Origin: a virus
Length of the DNA: 64,000 nucleotides
IMG/VR virus record: IMGVR_UViG_3300042448_001253
Location: 1 to 64,000 of that record
Strand: one strand, 5' to 3'
The notes under the pieces were generated by a model. It searched no databases. It was not told where the DNA came from and worked only from the letters and a program-made list of their open reading frames with translations. A program made the position numbers and the translations under genes. Positions 1 through 6,787 of the stretch are shown here, piece by piece. Numbering within the stretch: position 1 is the stretch's first letter; every line of letters starts with the position of its first letter.

Positions 1-37
1 GTTTGCGTCATAAAACTTAGTCATAGGCTAAATCCTA

Positions 38-424
38 TCAACTATCTGAATCTTCTAGTAGCCAGTCAATTAGCCCAGGATTCTGCGAGAACACTAGTAA
101 TAGCGAGTTCTCAATGGTTCCAATGAAGTAATGCTCCCAAGTATCAAAATCGTCTGTCTTCTTAGGCTTTAGAGAGTTATCAAAAACCATGCGACAAGCG
201 TGCAGAATCTCATGCAACAGAGTTATCTGCTTTTTAGTTTTGTGAATATCTGCGTCTACGACAATCAGATTCTTTTCATCAAGCGTGTAGCCATAGGTAT
301 TGTCAGTAAGCATTCCATCTACATCAGCGGAACGCTCAATGATATTAAATACCTGAGTACCAACCTTTACGCTGGTTGGCATAGATGATTTCTTCTTTGG
401 ACTAGGCGTCGCTGGCATCTTCAC
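38..424 (-). CDS. Small zincin-like metallopeptidase-domain protein
   Basis: HEILH (HExxH) motif preceded by YGYT...LIVVD; part of a chain of overlapping minus-strand genes. Confidence 0.6.
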   Translation of the reverse strand: MKMPATPSPKKKSSMPTSVKVGTQVFNIIERSADVDGMLTDNTYGYTLDEKNLIVVDADIHKTKKQITLLHEILHACRMVFDNSLKPKKTDDFDTWEHYFIGTIENSLLLVFSQNPGLIDWLLEDSDS

Positions 425-524
425 TTTCCTTAATCGGTTCTAGGAAGTATCTAGCACAGCACCCGTCGCACTCGTGTCTAGCGTACTGATGTGTTAGGTC
501 GTGCTCACAAACAACGTAGTTCAT
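402..524 (-). CDS. Small Cys/His-rich hypothetical protein (40 aa, MNYVVCEHDL...)
   Basis: Start trimmed from the track ORF to the ATG at 524, which overlaps the upstream TGA (ATGA coupling); CEH...ECDGCC. Confidence 0.5.
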   Translation of the reverse strand: MNYVVCEHDLTHQYARHECDGCCARYFLEPIKESEDASDA

Positions 525-679
525 TGGTTCCTCATTTCGCATTTTTCTACAACATGATGCCCTGATAGGTTTTGGTATTCTTCTGTATAGCAGTCTTGAT
601 TCTCTGCAATCCAAAGATAGACAGTAACTCCAAACAGGAGTCCTACAGAGATAAGTAGCAACTTCAAATCTTTATTCAT
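521..679 (-). CDS. Small membrane protein (52 aa, MNKDLKLLLISVGLLFGVTVYLW...), not in the ORF track
   Basis: Read manually; one hydrophobic helix; overlaps both neighbours. Confidence 0.55.
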   Translation of the reverse strand: MNKDLKLLLISVGLLFGVTVYLWIAENQDCYTEEYQNLSGHHVVEKCEMRNQ

Positions 680-809
680 GCGAATCAACTTCTTTTTGCT
701 TACATCTAGCTAAATGCGACTCGCAGTCGTCAGACCAGTTGTACCAGTTCTCGTTTCCGCCTTGACGCGTTGCCCAACCACAAATTGGACATGTCCATCC
801 GTCTGCCAT
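672..809 (-). CDS. Small CxxC protein (45 aa, MADGWTCPICGW...DCESHLARC), not in the ORF track
   Basis: Read manually; TAATG coupling with the upstream gene; CPIC plus CxxH. Confidence 0.55.
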   Translation of the reverse strand: MADGWTCPICGWATRQGGNENWYNWSDDCESHLARCKQKEVDSHE

Positions 810-982
810 TATTCTTTTCCTTCACAGTTCATAATTGCTGCCTCTTCAGTCTGGTATTTATCCCAGCAGTTGTCCATCTTTCCGACTCCAACCACAAAGA
901 AACCATACAACAAAGAGCCAATCATTGCAACAAAGATTCCAGCAAATACTAGAATCTCTTTCGCACTCATTTTGTCATTCAT
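809..982 (-). CDS. Small membrane protein
   Basis: One TM helix ILVFAGIFVAMIGSLLYGFFVVGVG; start trimmed to MNDKM. Confidence 0.55.
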   Translation of the reverse strand: MNDKMSAKEILVFAGIFVAMIGSLLYGFFVVGVGKMDNCWDKYQTEEAAIMNCEGKE

Positions 983-1157
983 CAGTTTTCCCCTTAATAA
1001 CGTTGAGTGCAAAATACCATCCCTTTAGTTCTTCAGTAGATAGAGATGTAGTATCTGCCTCTACTAACAAGCTAATGATACGTTCACGCTCACGCTCAAT
1101 AGCTCGCTCTCTACCCTTACGGGCTACGTCAATATGAATCCAATTAGTGTCATTCAT
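975..1157 (-). CDS. Hypothetical protein, ERERII paralog family
   Basis: ERERERIISLL...ALNVIKGK; start trimmed to MNDTNW. Confidence 0.55.
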   Translation of the reverse strand: MNDTNWIHIDVARKGRERAIERERERIISLLVEADTTSLSTEELKGWYFALNVIKGKTDE

Positions 1158-1338
1158 TAGTTGGCTCCTTAGCGTAATACTTTCCATCTTTTTCAACGAT
1201 TTTACCCTCTACAATCAGTGCTTCAATTGCTGCTCTAACATCGTCTGACACATGTTCTAATTCTTTCTTAGCGATATCGCTTAGAATAGATGGTGCAACT
1301 ATCCTGTTAAAGTCTTTTTCAAAGTTTTCATTACTCAT
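1150..1338 (-). CDS. Hypothetical protein
   Basis: Overlaps both neighbours in the gene chain. Confidence 0.55.
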   Translation of the reverse strand: MSNENFEKDFNRIVAPSILSDIAKKELEHVSDDVRAAIEALIVEGKIVEKDGKYYAKEPTNE

Positions 1339-1526
1339 TTGTTCTCTCCTTTGAGTACATTAAGAGCAGTCTGAAGTCCATCAACATAACCCTTATTAAC
1401 TAACATAGGGTTCCTAATCTTCTCAATCTCTTTTGCTATAAGACCAATAAGGCGTTCACGCTCAGAAGCTTGACCAGCTTCAAAACCTAATACAAACGCC
1501 CTTGCGTTCGGTTCATTCATGTACAT
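1335..1526 (-). CDS. Hypothetical protein, ERERII paralog family
   Basis: GFEAGQASERERLIGLI...ALNVLKGE. Confidence 0.55.
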   Translation of the reverse strand: MYMNEPNARAFVLGFEAGQASERERLIGLIAKEIEKIRNPMLVNKGYVDGLQTALNVLKGENK

Positions 1527-1728
1527 CTCTCCTAATCAACTCAATATACTCAATAATAGCCTTACAACTCGAATGAGTTTGCATTATCTTTGCATCTCTA
1601 CAAAACACCTTATCACACAGTAAACCGTTAAGCAAGTTAATTACTCTATTACGTTCTTCACGTCTACCAGTCTCCTCACCAGCTAACCAGATAGCCCTGG
1701 ATTCCTCGTCGTCAGGACTACTCCACAT
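1513..1728 (-). CDS. Hypothetical protein, ERERII paralog family
   Basis: GEETGRREERNRVINLL; start trimmed to MWSSPDD. Confidence 0.5.
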   Translation of the reverse strand: MWSSPDDEESRAIWLAGEETGRREERNRVINLLNGLLCDKVFCRDAKIMQTHSSCKAIIEYIELIRRDVHE

Positions 1729-2395
1729 CCATATTCCCCTGAATAATCCCAAGAACCTGCTTTTTTGGACTATCTACGTAATGCTTATAACGCTCACTAT
1801 TTACATCTATGTAGTCTTGGTCTCTATGCTCGTGGTGTAAAGTTAGTGCGAATCCATCAACTCGCACAAAACCTCTACCTAAAATCTTTATATGAGCCTC
1901 GGAGAAAGCATCATCTTCATAACCCCACCCTACAAATCGTTCGTCCCATCCGTTTAACCTTAGGAACGTCGACGAACTCATAACGTAAGCACCTCCAGGA
2001 TGATTCCACGCTGAGTTCTCACCTTGAACAGCTAATTGCTCAAAAGACAATTCTCCTTTTAATAGGGACGTCGACACTTTTTCAGACAGACGATTGTAAA
2101 AGGTGTAAGGCATACATACGTAGTCTTCTTTACTTACTACAGCAATAGCCTTTTCAATAGCTTTTTTATCTAGTAGGGTGTCAGCATCTACGACCAGCAG
2201 AACGTCACAGCCGTCTTTGATTGCAGATAAGCACCCTTGATTACGACTACCGGAGACGTTGAATATCTTTGTTTCTTTGTCAGCGTAGTAAACAGTAGAG
2301 TTCGGAAATTGGTCCATTAGGCGATTAACAGTTAAGCCAAACGCCTTTACCCTAGTAGGTCTTGCCCTCCAGGGGACTACTATCCCGAGTTTCAT
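1718..2395 (-). CDS. GT-A fold glycosyltransferase (GT2/GT7-like)
   Basis: IVVPWR start, SRNQG, DAD (DxD) motif, LNGWDERFVGWGYEDD C-terminal signature. Confidence 0.85.
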   Translation of the reverse strand: MKLGIVVPWRARPTRVKAFGLTVNRLMDQFPNSTVYYADKETKIFNVSGSRNQGCLSAIKDGCDVLLVVDADTLLDKKAIEKAIAVVSKEDYVCMPYTFYNRLSEKVSTSLLKGELSFEQLAVQGENSAWNHPGGAYVMSSSTFLRLNGWDERFVGWGYEDDAFSEAHIKILGRGFVRVDGFALTLHHEHRDQDYIDVNSERYKHYVDSPKKQVLGIIQGNMDVE

Positions 2396-2400
2396 AAAAC

Positions 2401-2679
2401 TTACTCATCAATCTTTTCGCCGTTGATTACCCTAATCAAATCTTCTGACCTGAAATGGTCTCGGTACATGAACACACCGTCATCTATTTCAACCCCAGAG
2501 CGGTTCTCTTCAATCCACTCAATGATTCTCTGACGTTCCTCGTCAATGCCAATTTGAACACCCATAGCAAAAGAAGCGTCCATAGCATTCTCAGTTGCAA
2601 TCTGCATCTTCTCCCTAGCGTTTAGGGCATTCGCTACGCTTGTTCCGATAGGCGAGGTGATTTTGTCTTCCGTACTCAT
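2401..2679 (-). CDS. Hypothetical protein, ERERII paralog family
   Basis: GVQIGIDEERQRIIEWI...LIRVINGE; AGGAG ribosome-binding site upstream. Confidence 0.6.
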   Translation of the reverse strand: MSTEDKITSPIGTSVANALNAREKMQIATENAMDASFAMGVQIGIDEERQRIIEWIEENRSGVEIDDGVFMYRDHFRSEDLIRVINGEKIDE

Positions 2680-2737
2680 TTATGCTCCTTAGTGCATTAC
2701 TTCTTGTCAGATACTACACTAGCATCAAAGTTATCGA

Positions 2738-3292
2738 TTAGACTTCATTTCCCCAAACATCCCAACCATCCATAGGACGTCTAGCAAACATCTCTAACTT
2801 CGCAGCATCAGGGTACAGACGTTCAATCCTTCGGTGGATTTCGTCTGGCTTCCTCGAGTGCTCCATCTTTGCAGCAAGAACCACATGGGGAACACCCTCG
2901 TCCGCAAGGGGCAGGGGTCGGCCCTTCGTAACGTTTGAGGCAACAATAACAAACTCCGTTGTCGGTTTTACGACGCTCGGGCGTACGCCTTGTGCGCCGA
3001 TTGGAGTTAGGTTGTCTTTCTTTGTCTTCACCCATGTGAATGCAATACCTCTGTATGTATACCCCCAGTGGCGGAGTAGGTCTATAGCAAAGTCCAAGCG
3101 AGGTGAAGTAACCCACATAAAGATTACGCCAGGCTTGTTTAGAATGCTTTGGATATCCATTGCCATCAAATCTTCATCAGGCATGGTTGGATAGAACTTT
3201 GCAGCAGCACCCATCTTGTCTTGTGCACCATAGTAAGACCATGGTGGGTCCATCAAGATGACGTCATACTTCTTATCTGGAAGTGATGTCAT
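2738..3292 (-). CDS. MT-A70 family N6-adenine methyltransferase
   Basis: YDVILMDPPW catalytic motif, IFMWVT, WGYTY, WVK, HSRKPD, KLEMFAR, GWDVWGNE. Confidence 0.9.
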   Translation of the reverse strand: MTSLPDKKYDVILMDPPWSYYGAQDKMGAAAKFYPTMPDEDLMAMDIQSILNKPGVIFMWVTSPRLDFAIDLLRHWGYTYRGIAFTWVKTKKDNLTPIGAQGVRPSVVKPTTEFVIVASNVTKGRPLPLADEGVPHVVLAAKMEHSRKPDEIHRRIERLYPDAAKLEMFARRPMDGWDVWGNEV

Positions 3293-3295
3293 GTT

Positions 3296-3661
3296 CTACT
3301 TCTTGTTTATTACGATGTCAAGTCCGTTGTCTGGGTGATATGACCATGAAATAGCAATGCCATCAAATTCATCTGACTGACGTCCCATAAGAGAGTTTGT
3401 AGTTTCCATGTTGCTAATAATGTAGCTAGGAACCTTAATCTCAGTTAGTACACAGACAGTGTCATAGATGGTTGCTCCATAACTTTCTTCACCTGTACCG
3501 TTGATAATCAGGGATTTTCCACCGTCTGAGACTGTAATTCCAGTGGGGGTACGACACGTATCATAGGCTTTTTGAAAGGTATCAAAACCTACACAACCAG
3601 TTAGACCTAGTGTCGCTACTACAGCAACAATACCTGCGGCGACGATTTTAGTTTTCTTCAT
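3296..3661 (-). CDS. Putative lipoprotein
   Basis: Basic N-terminus, hydrophobic stretch, lipobox LTGC. Confidence 0.65.
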   Translation of the reverse strand: MKKTKIVAAGIVAVVATLGLTGCVGFDTFQKAYDTCRTPTGITVSDGGKSLIINGTGEESYGATIYDTVCVLTEIKVPSYIISNMETTNSLMGRQSDEFDGIAISWSYHPDNGLDIVINKK

Positions 3662-3700
3662 ATTTTCCTTTTGTAGAAGTATGAAAAAAGCCTAGCATAC

Positions 3701-4360
3701 CTACGTATTGTCTATAAGATTCTTCACTGTGGTTGGATACCACTTACCCCCATTTTGACCAAGCACTCCATCAGCATTCAGCCCATCCGCTATCTGACGA
3801 TAGGTGCGGCCACGACTTCGTTCCAAGTATACCCTATTCTTTACATCATCGGGAGTTTTGTTCTTCGGCCCCATATCAACGCCCCACTTCACCCCACGCT
3901 CTCGGCGGTCTTTATGCACGTCTTTCTGACGAGCAGAGATAATCCCACGCTCCATCTCAGCCAATGCACTCATAACAGTAACCACGAATCTCCCCTGATA
4001 AGTAGAAGTGTCTAAGTTTAGGTCCAGCATCACCAAACGCCAGTTTTTCCTGTTTGCCCTATCAACAATGTCCAAGAAGTCTGTTGTGCTACGAGCAAGG
4101 CGGTCAATACGAGTAACGAACAACGCCTGAGCCTCTCCGGTCTCTAACTGCTTAAGGGCGGCTGTGAGAGCGGGTCTACCAGTAATGCTTTTACCAGAAC
4201 GCCCCTCCTCACGAATAATCTCCCAACGGGTGAACCCGTGGAACTCAGCAGCCGTTACTAACTGCCTTTCCTGTACATCTAGCGATACGCCATCGTTTAC
4301 TTGCATTTGCGTAGATACTCTTGTATATAAGAGTGCTAGGCCAGGGTCAGGAGTTTCCAT
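3701..4360 (-). CDS. Serine recombinase (catalytic domain plus short recombinase-type DNA-binding domain)
   Basis: YTRVS catalytic Ser, SGKS, RPAL, RIDRLAR, EMERGIISAR, C-terminal TYRQIADGLN...GGKWYPTTV. Confidence 0.9.
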   Translation of the reverse strand: METPDPGLALLYTRVSTQMQVNDGVSLDVQERQLVTAAEFHGFTRWEIIREEGRSGKSITGRPALTAALKQLETGEAQALFVTRIDRLARSTTDFLDIVDRANRKNWRLVMLDLNLDTSTYQGRFVVTVMSALAEMERGIISARQKDVHKDRRERGVKWGVDMGPKNKTPDDVKNRVYLERSRGRTYRQIADGLNADGVLGQNGGKWYPTTVKNLIDNT

Positions 4361-4393
4361 ACCTATATTTTACCCCAGAATGAAAACCTTGCT

Positions 4394-4804
4394 TTAGAAG
4401 CCTAGTTTCTTAAGGACGTCGACGACTTTTACCTTGTAGCCATAACTGCCATTAGTGAAGTCATTAGTAATGCCTTGCTTGCCTAAAGAGTAGCCTTTTT
4501 CCTCGATAAGGTCTTTCAGGTCCGAAGTACGGATAATAAGCATCCCATTAGCGTTCGGACCAGCACATACCCACCAGTCCGCCTTAGTTGTTCTAATCCC
4601 AGAATCCCGTAGGTCCGATTCATCCGACCAGTTGAACTGTTGGCATTCAATGTAGAAGTTTCCGTACTCCCGAGCAAGGTAGTCAGTCTTTACTTCAAAC
4701 TTAGCTCCGTCAGCCAAATCTCCAAGAAACGTACCAAGTAGTCTTTCACCCACCTTTCCACGCTCTAAATCATGGTCAAAGTCTGGTTGATATCCGTCAG
4801 TCAT
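4394..4804 (-). CDS. Conserved phage protein with a PD-(D/E)xK nuclease-like motif
   Basis: DLERGKVGE...FEVKTD...GNFYIEC...SGIRTTKADWW. Confidence 0.55.
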   Translation of the reverse strand: MTDGYQPDFDHDLERGKVGERLLGTFLGDLADGAKFEVKTDYLAREYGNFYIECQQFNWSDESDLRDSGIRTTKADWWVCAGPNANGMLIIRTSDLKDLIEEKGYSLGKQGITNDFTNGSYGYKVKVVDVLKKLGF

Positions 4805-4838
4805 TGCGTTCTCCTTTGTGTTTATAGGACATATCTAT

Positions 4839-4867
4839 AAGGTATCATCTTGTACAACCAAATGCAA
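4839..4867 (-). promoter_or_regulatory. SigA-type promoter TTGCAT-N17-TACCTT
   Basis: Exact 17-nt spacing upstream of the 4804 start; same CTTGCA -35 element as at 22793 and 25566. Confidence 0.55.
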
Positions 4868-4877
4868 GTCCATCTAG

Positions 4878-4903
4878 GTATAAACCTAAACCTAAGTTTA
4901 TAC
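4878..4903. promoter_or_regulatory. 26-bp imperfect palindrome GTATAAACCTAA-AC-CTAAGTTTATAC
   Basis: Perfect 8-bp outer arms; 10 of 12 positions match between arms; lies between divergent genes. Confidence 0.5.
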
Positions 4904-5001
4904 AACATATACAAGCATCTCCCCGATTTGCAACAATGAACACCCGAAACTAGTGCGATAATAGAGGGGGAGATACACACACTTTAAAGGAAAACACCGC
5001 C

Positions 5002-5568
5002 ATGTCCGCTCAAGACCCTACATATAGAGTAGTTGCCGATTTAGTCATCTCTCCGACCGAAACCATAGTTTTAGGCGAAACCGGCTACATGTACTCAGTT
5101 ACAGAGCCTAACAGAATTGCGACCATTGGCGACTTAACATCTGCCGTCGGCGGGGTTGATACAGCTTTCACCGTTGCAGGTGGAACTCTAGGGACTCAGC
5201 CTACTTTTACTGGAGCACCCTTATTTACTGGTTCTTATGTAAGAACAGGCGACCAAGTCCACTTTAGAATTGACGTTGACATGGACAATATCACTAACTT
5301 TGGTAGCGGTCAGTACTACATGGACTTACCATTTCCATCCAAGTACAACTACCAGTTTGCTGCTGGCTGTTTGCACGATATCTCCACTGGTAGAGACTAC
5401 CCAATCTTTGGACACGTTCTAGCAGGACAATCTCAGATGGTGCTGAAGAGTATTGATGCTCAGGGTAACTCTGCCTACAATGTACCGTTTACTGCAACAG
5501 CCCCCGTTACTTTAGATGTAGCAGACAATTTCCACGTCTCTGGCGATTACATTACCGACGCAGAGTAA
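5002..5568 (+). CDS. Isolated plus-strand gene resembling a tail-fibre C-terminal beta domain
   Basis: Own -10 (GATAAT) and AAGGA site; G/T-rich beta-strand sequence (TGSYVRTGDQVHFRIDV...YYMDLPFP). Confidence 0.6.
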   Translation: MSAQDPTYRVVADLVISPTETIVLGETGYMYSVTEPNRIATIGDLTSAVGGVDTAFTVAGGTLGTQPTFTGAPLFTGSYVRTGDQVHFRIDVDMDNITNFGSGQYYMDLPFPSKYNYQFAAGCLHDISTGRDYPIFGHVLAGQSQMVLKSIDAQGNSAYNVPFTATAPVTLDVADNFHVSGDYITDAE

Positions 5569-5574
5569 GTTTGG

Positions 5575-5692
5575 CAGACCTAGTACTGACTTTCCCTAAG
5601 TTTGGACCTTAGTTCCAGAGGTTCCCACTCTTGCGAGTCGTCTCAAGTTTTCACTCTGCTGGTTGGTCGTGTGGACTCAGCAGTAAAGAGCC
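5575..5692 (-). ncRNA. Candidate structured non-coding RNA
   Basis: Minus-strand hairpins CTGCTG/CAGCAG, ACTC-GCAA-GAGT, GAGT-GAAA-ACTT (GNRA loops) and CTAAG/CTTAG; no ORF. Confidence 0.35.
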
Positions 5693-5696
5693 TTTT

Positions 5697-5782
5697 GTGG
5701 ACTGCGAGGAATCGCACCTCGGAAACTCCTTACGGAGCACCTCTCGCTACTTTATTCACAATGGTCAAGTAGCACAGTCCTA
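5697..5782 (-). repeat. 86-bp exact direct repeat, copy 1 (tRNA-like fold on the minus strand)
   Basis: Base-for-base identical to 6082-6167. Confidence 0.95.
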
Positions 5783-5786
5783 AAGT

Positions 5787-6035
5787 TTATTTAGTCTTTC
5801 TCTTAGAGATGGCAATACCTAAATCAAAAAGACCTAGAGTAATAGCAATCGGCAAAAGTGGCAAACTATAAGCAGCAACAAACATCATAACCTTCGCAGC
5901 ATCATTCACTGCTGCGTGAGAGTTGACATTGAAACCTGCTAAAACATAGACTGTGCTAATTGCTACTAGTGGAATTAGTCCTAAAACAATTCCAGTCCTG
6001 CGTATTACTTTTTGTACTTTGTCTTTATTATTCAT
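5787..6035 (-). CDS. Two-TM membrane protein (82 aa) between the repeats
   Basis: MNNKDKVQKVIRR followed by two hydrophobic helices; start trimmed so the gene lies between the repeats. Confidence 0.7.
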   Translation of the reverse strand: MNNKDKVQKVIRRTGIVLGLIPLVAISTVYVLAGFNVNSHAAVNDAAKVMMFVAAYSLPLLPIAITLGLFDLGIAISKRKTK

Positions 6036-6081
6036 TATTTCTTTCTGCCTCTCGGCGTTCTTTGTAGCATTTATGGTACGA

Positions 6082-6167
6082 GTGGACTGCGAGGAATCGC
6101 ACCTCGGAAACTCCTTACGGAGCACCTCTCGCTACTTTATTCACAATGGTCAAGTAGCACAGTCCTA
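6082..6167 (-). repeat. 86-bp exact direct repeat, copy 2 (tRNA-like fold on the minus strand)
   Basis: Identical to 5697-5782. Confidence 0.95.
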
Positions 6168-6295
6168 CGAAGCGTATAGGTGTTGGTACACCCACGCTTC
6201 GAGCCTCTAGGGAATCCCCTAAGCATCAACAGACCGATGAGCTAAAGTCTGGCTACCTCCACGCAAACTGGTACCACCCAGTCGGTGTCGGGCTC
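6168..6295 (-). ncRNA. Candidate structured non-coding RNA directly downstream of tmRNA
   Basis: GAGCC...GGCTC closing stem around hairpins ACTGG/CCAGT, CAGAC/GTCTG and TAGGG/CCCTA, then CGAAGCGT/ACGCTTCG hairpin. Confidence 0.4.
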
Positions 6296-6297
6296 TG

Positions 6298-6637
6298 TGG
6301 AGATGCGGGGAATCGAACCCCGGTCCAGTGGACGTTCAGTTATTCTTCTACAAGCTTAGGCAGTTTAAATATAAATAGTGTTTGACCTGCCAGACCACTA
6401 TATTTTCGCTTTTCCAGGCAAGCGATTTAGCCCTGTTACTAAGTTGTTCTATTTATTTAAAACCTGACTGCCCACCTAGAACTAGTGCTTTGTCAGGGGC
6501 CAAAGCGTTGCGATTAAATCACGCGGCTAGAGCGTATGCAGATGTATTAGCATTTATTGTTTTGACAGATTCAAGAGATACTGTCATCTCTGCTTGCTTC
6601 ACTAACATCAAGACAACTGTCGAAACCAGTCATCCCC
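6298..6637 (-). ncRNA. ssrA: tmRNA; tag peptide ANTSAYALAA (6519-6551)
   Basis: 5' GGGGATGACTGGTTTCGAC; 3' GGTTCGATTCCCCGCATCTCCA; acceptor stem with G3-U70 pair; ATAAAT-GCT resume context and YALAA-stop tag. Confidence 0.95.
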
Positions 6638-6644
6638 TCAATAT

Positions 6645-6776
6645 TTAGTTTTGTTGTACTACTAGCTTACGCTTCTCTTTATCAAAGACTTTAGGACGCT
6701 TTTTAGACGCCTTACCGTTTTGACGAGTAGTCGTAGTCTTTACTGGTGCCGAAGCACCGCCTTTACCTTTTGCCAT
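6645..6776 (-). CDS. Small, very basic protein (43 aa, MAKGKGGASAPVKTTTTRQNGKASKKRPKVF...), not in the ORF track
   Basis: AGGAG ribosome-binding site upstream; Lys/Arg-rich. Confidence 0.65.
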   Translation of the reverse strand: MAKGKGGASAPVKTTTTRQNGKASKKRPKVFDKEKRKLVVQQN

Positions 6777-6787
6777 AATAACTCCTA

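Noticed and set aside
3701-4360. Prophage integrase indicating a temperate lifestyle
   Set aside because: Too short for a large serine integrase (no zinc ribbon or coiled coil); no repressor or att site seen; gene content looks lytic.
5699-5780. Canonical tRNA gene
   Set aside because: No anticodon arm with a 7-nt loop, no D-loop GG, 6-bp acceptor stem and TGCGATT T-loop; kept as tRNA-like only.
5787-6125. 112-aa version of the cargo gene
   Set aside because: The extra 30 codons run through the repeat; ATG 6035 has a purine-rich upstream sequence and gives a clean two-TM protein.
5697-6167. CRISPR array
   Set aside because: Only two repeats, 86 bp long, separated by a 299-bp gene; no cas operon. 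The Cas4-like gene at 29803 sits in a recombination module.
5575-6295. RNase P RNA, group I/II intron or hammerhead ribozyme
   Set aside because: Core motifs not found (GAGGAAAGTCC with its P4 partner, P/Q/R/S elements, domain V, CTGATGA/GAAA).
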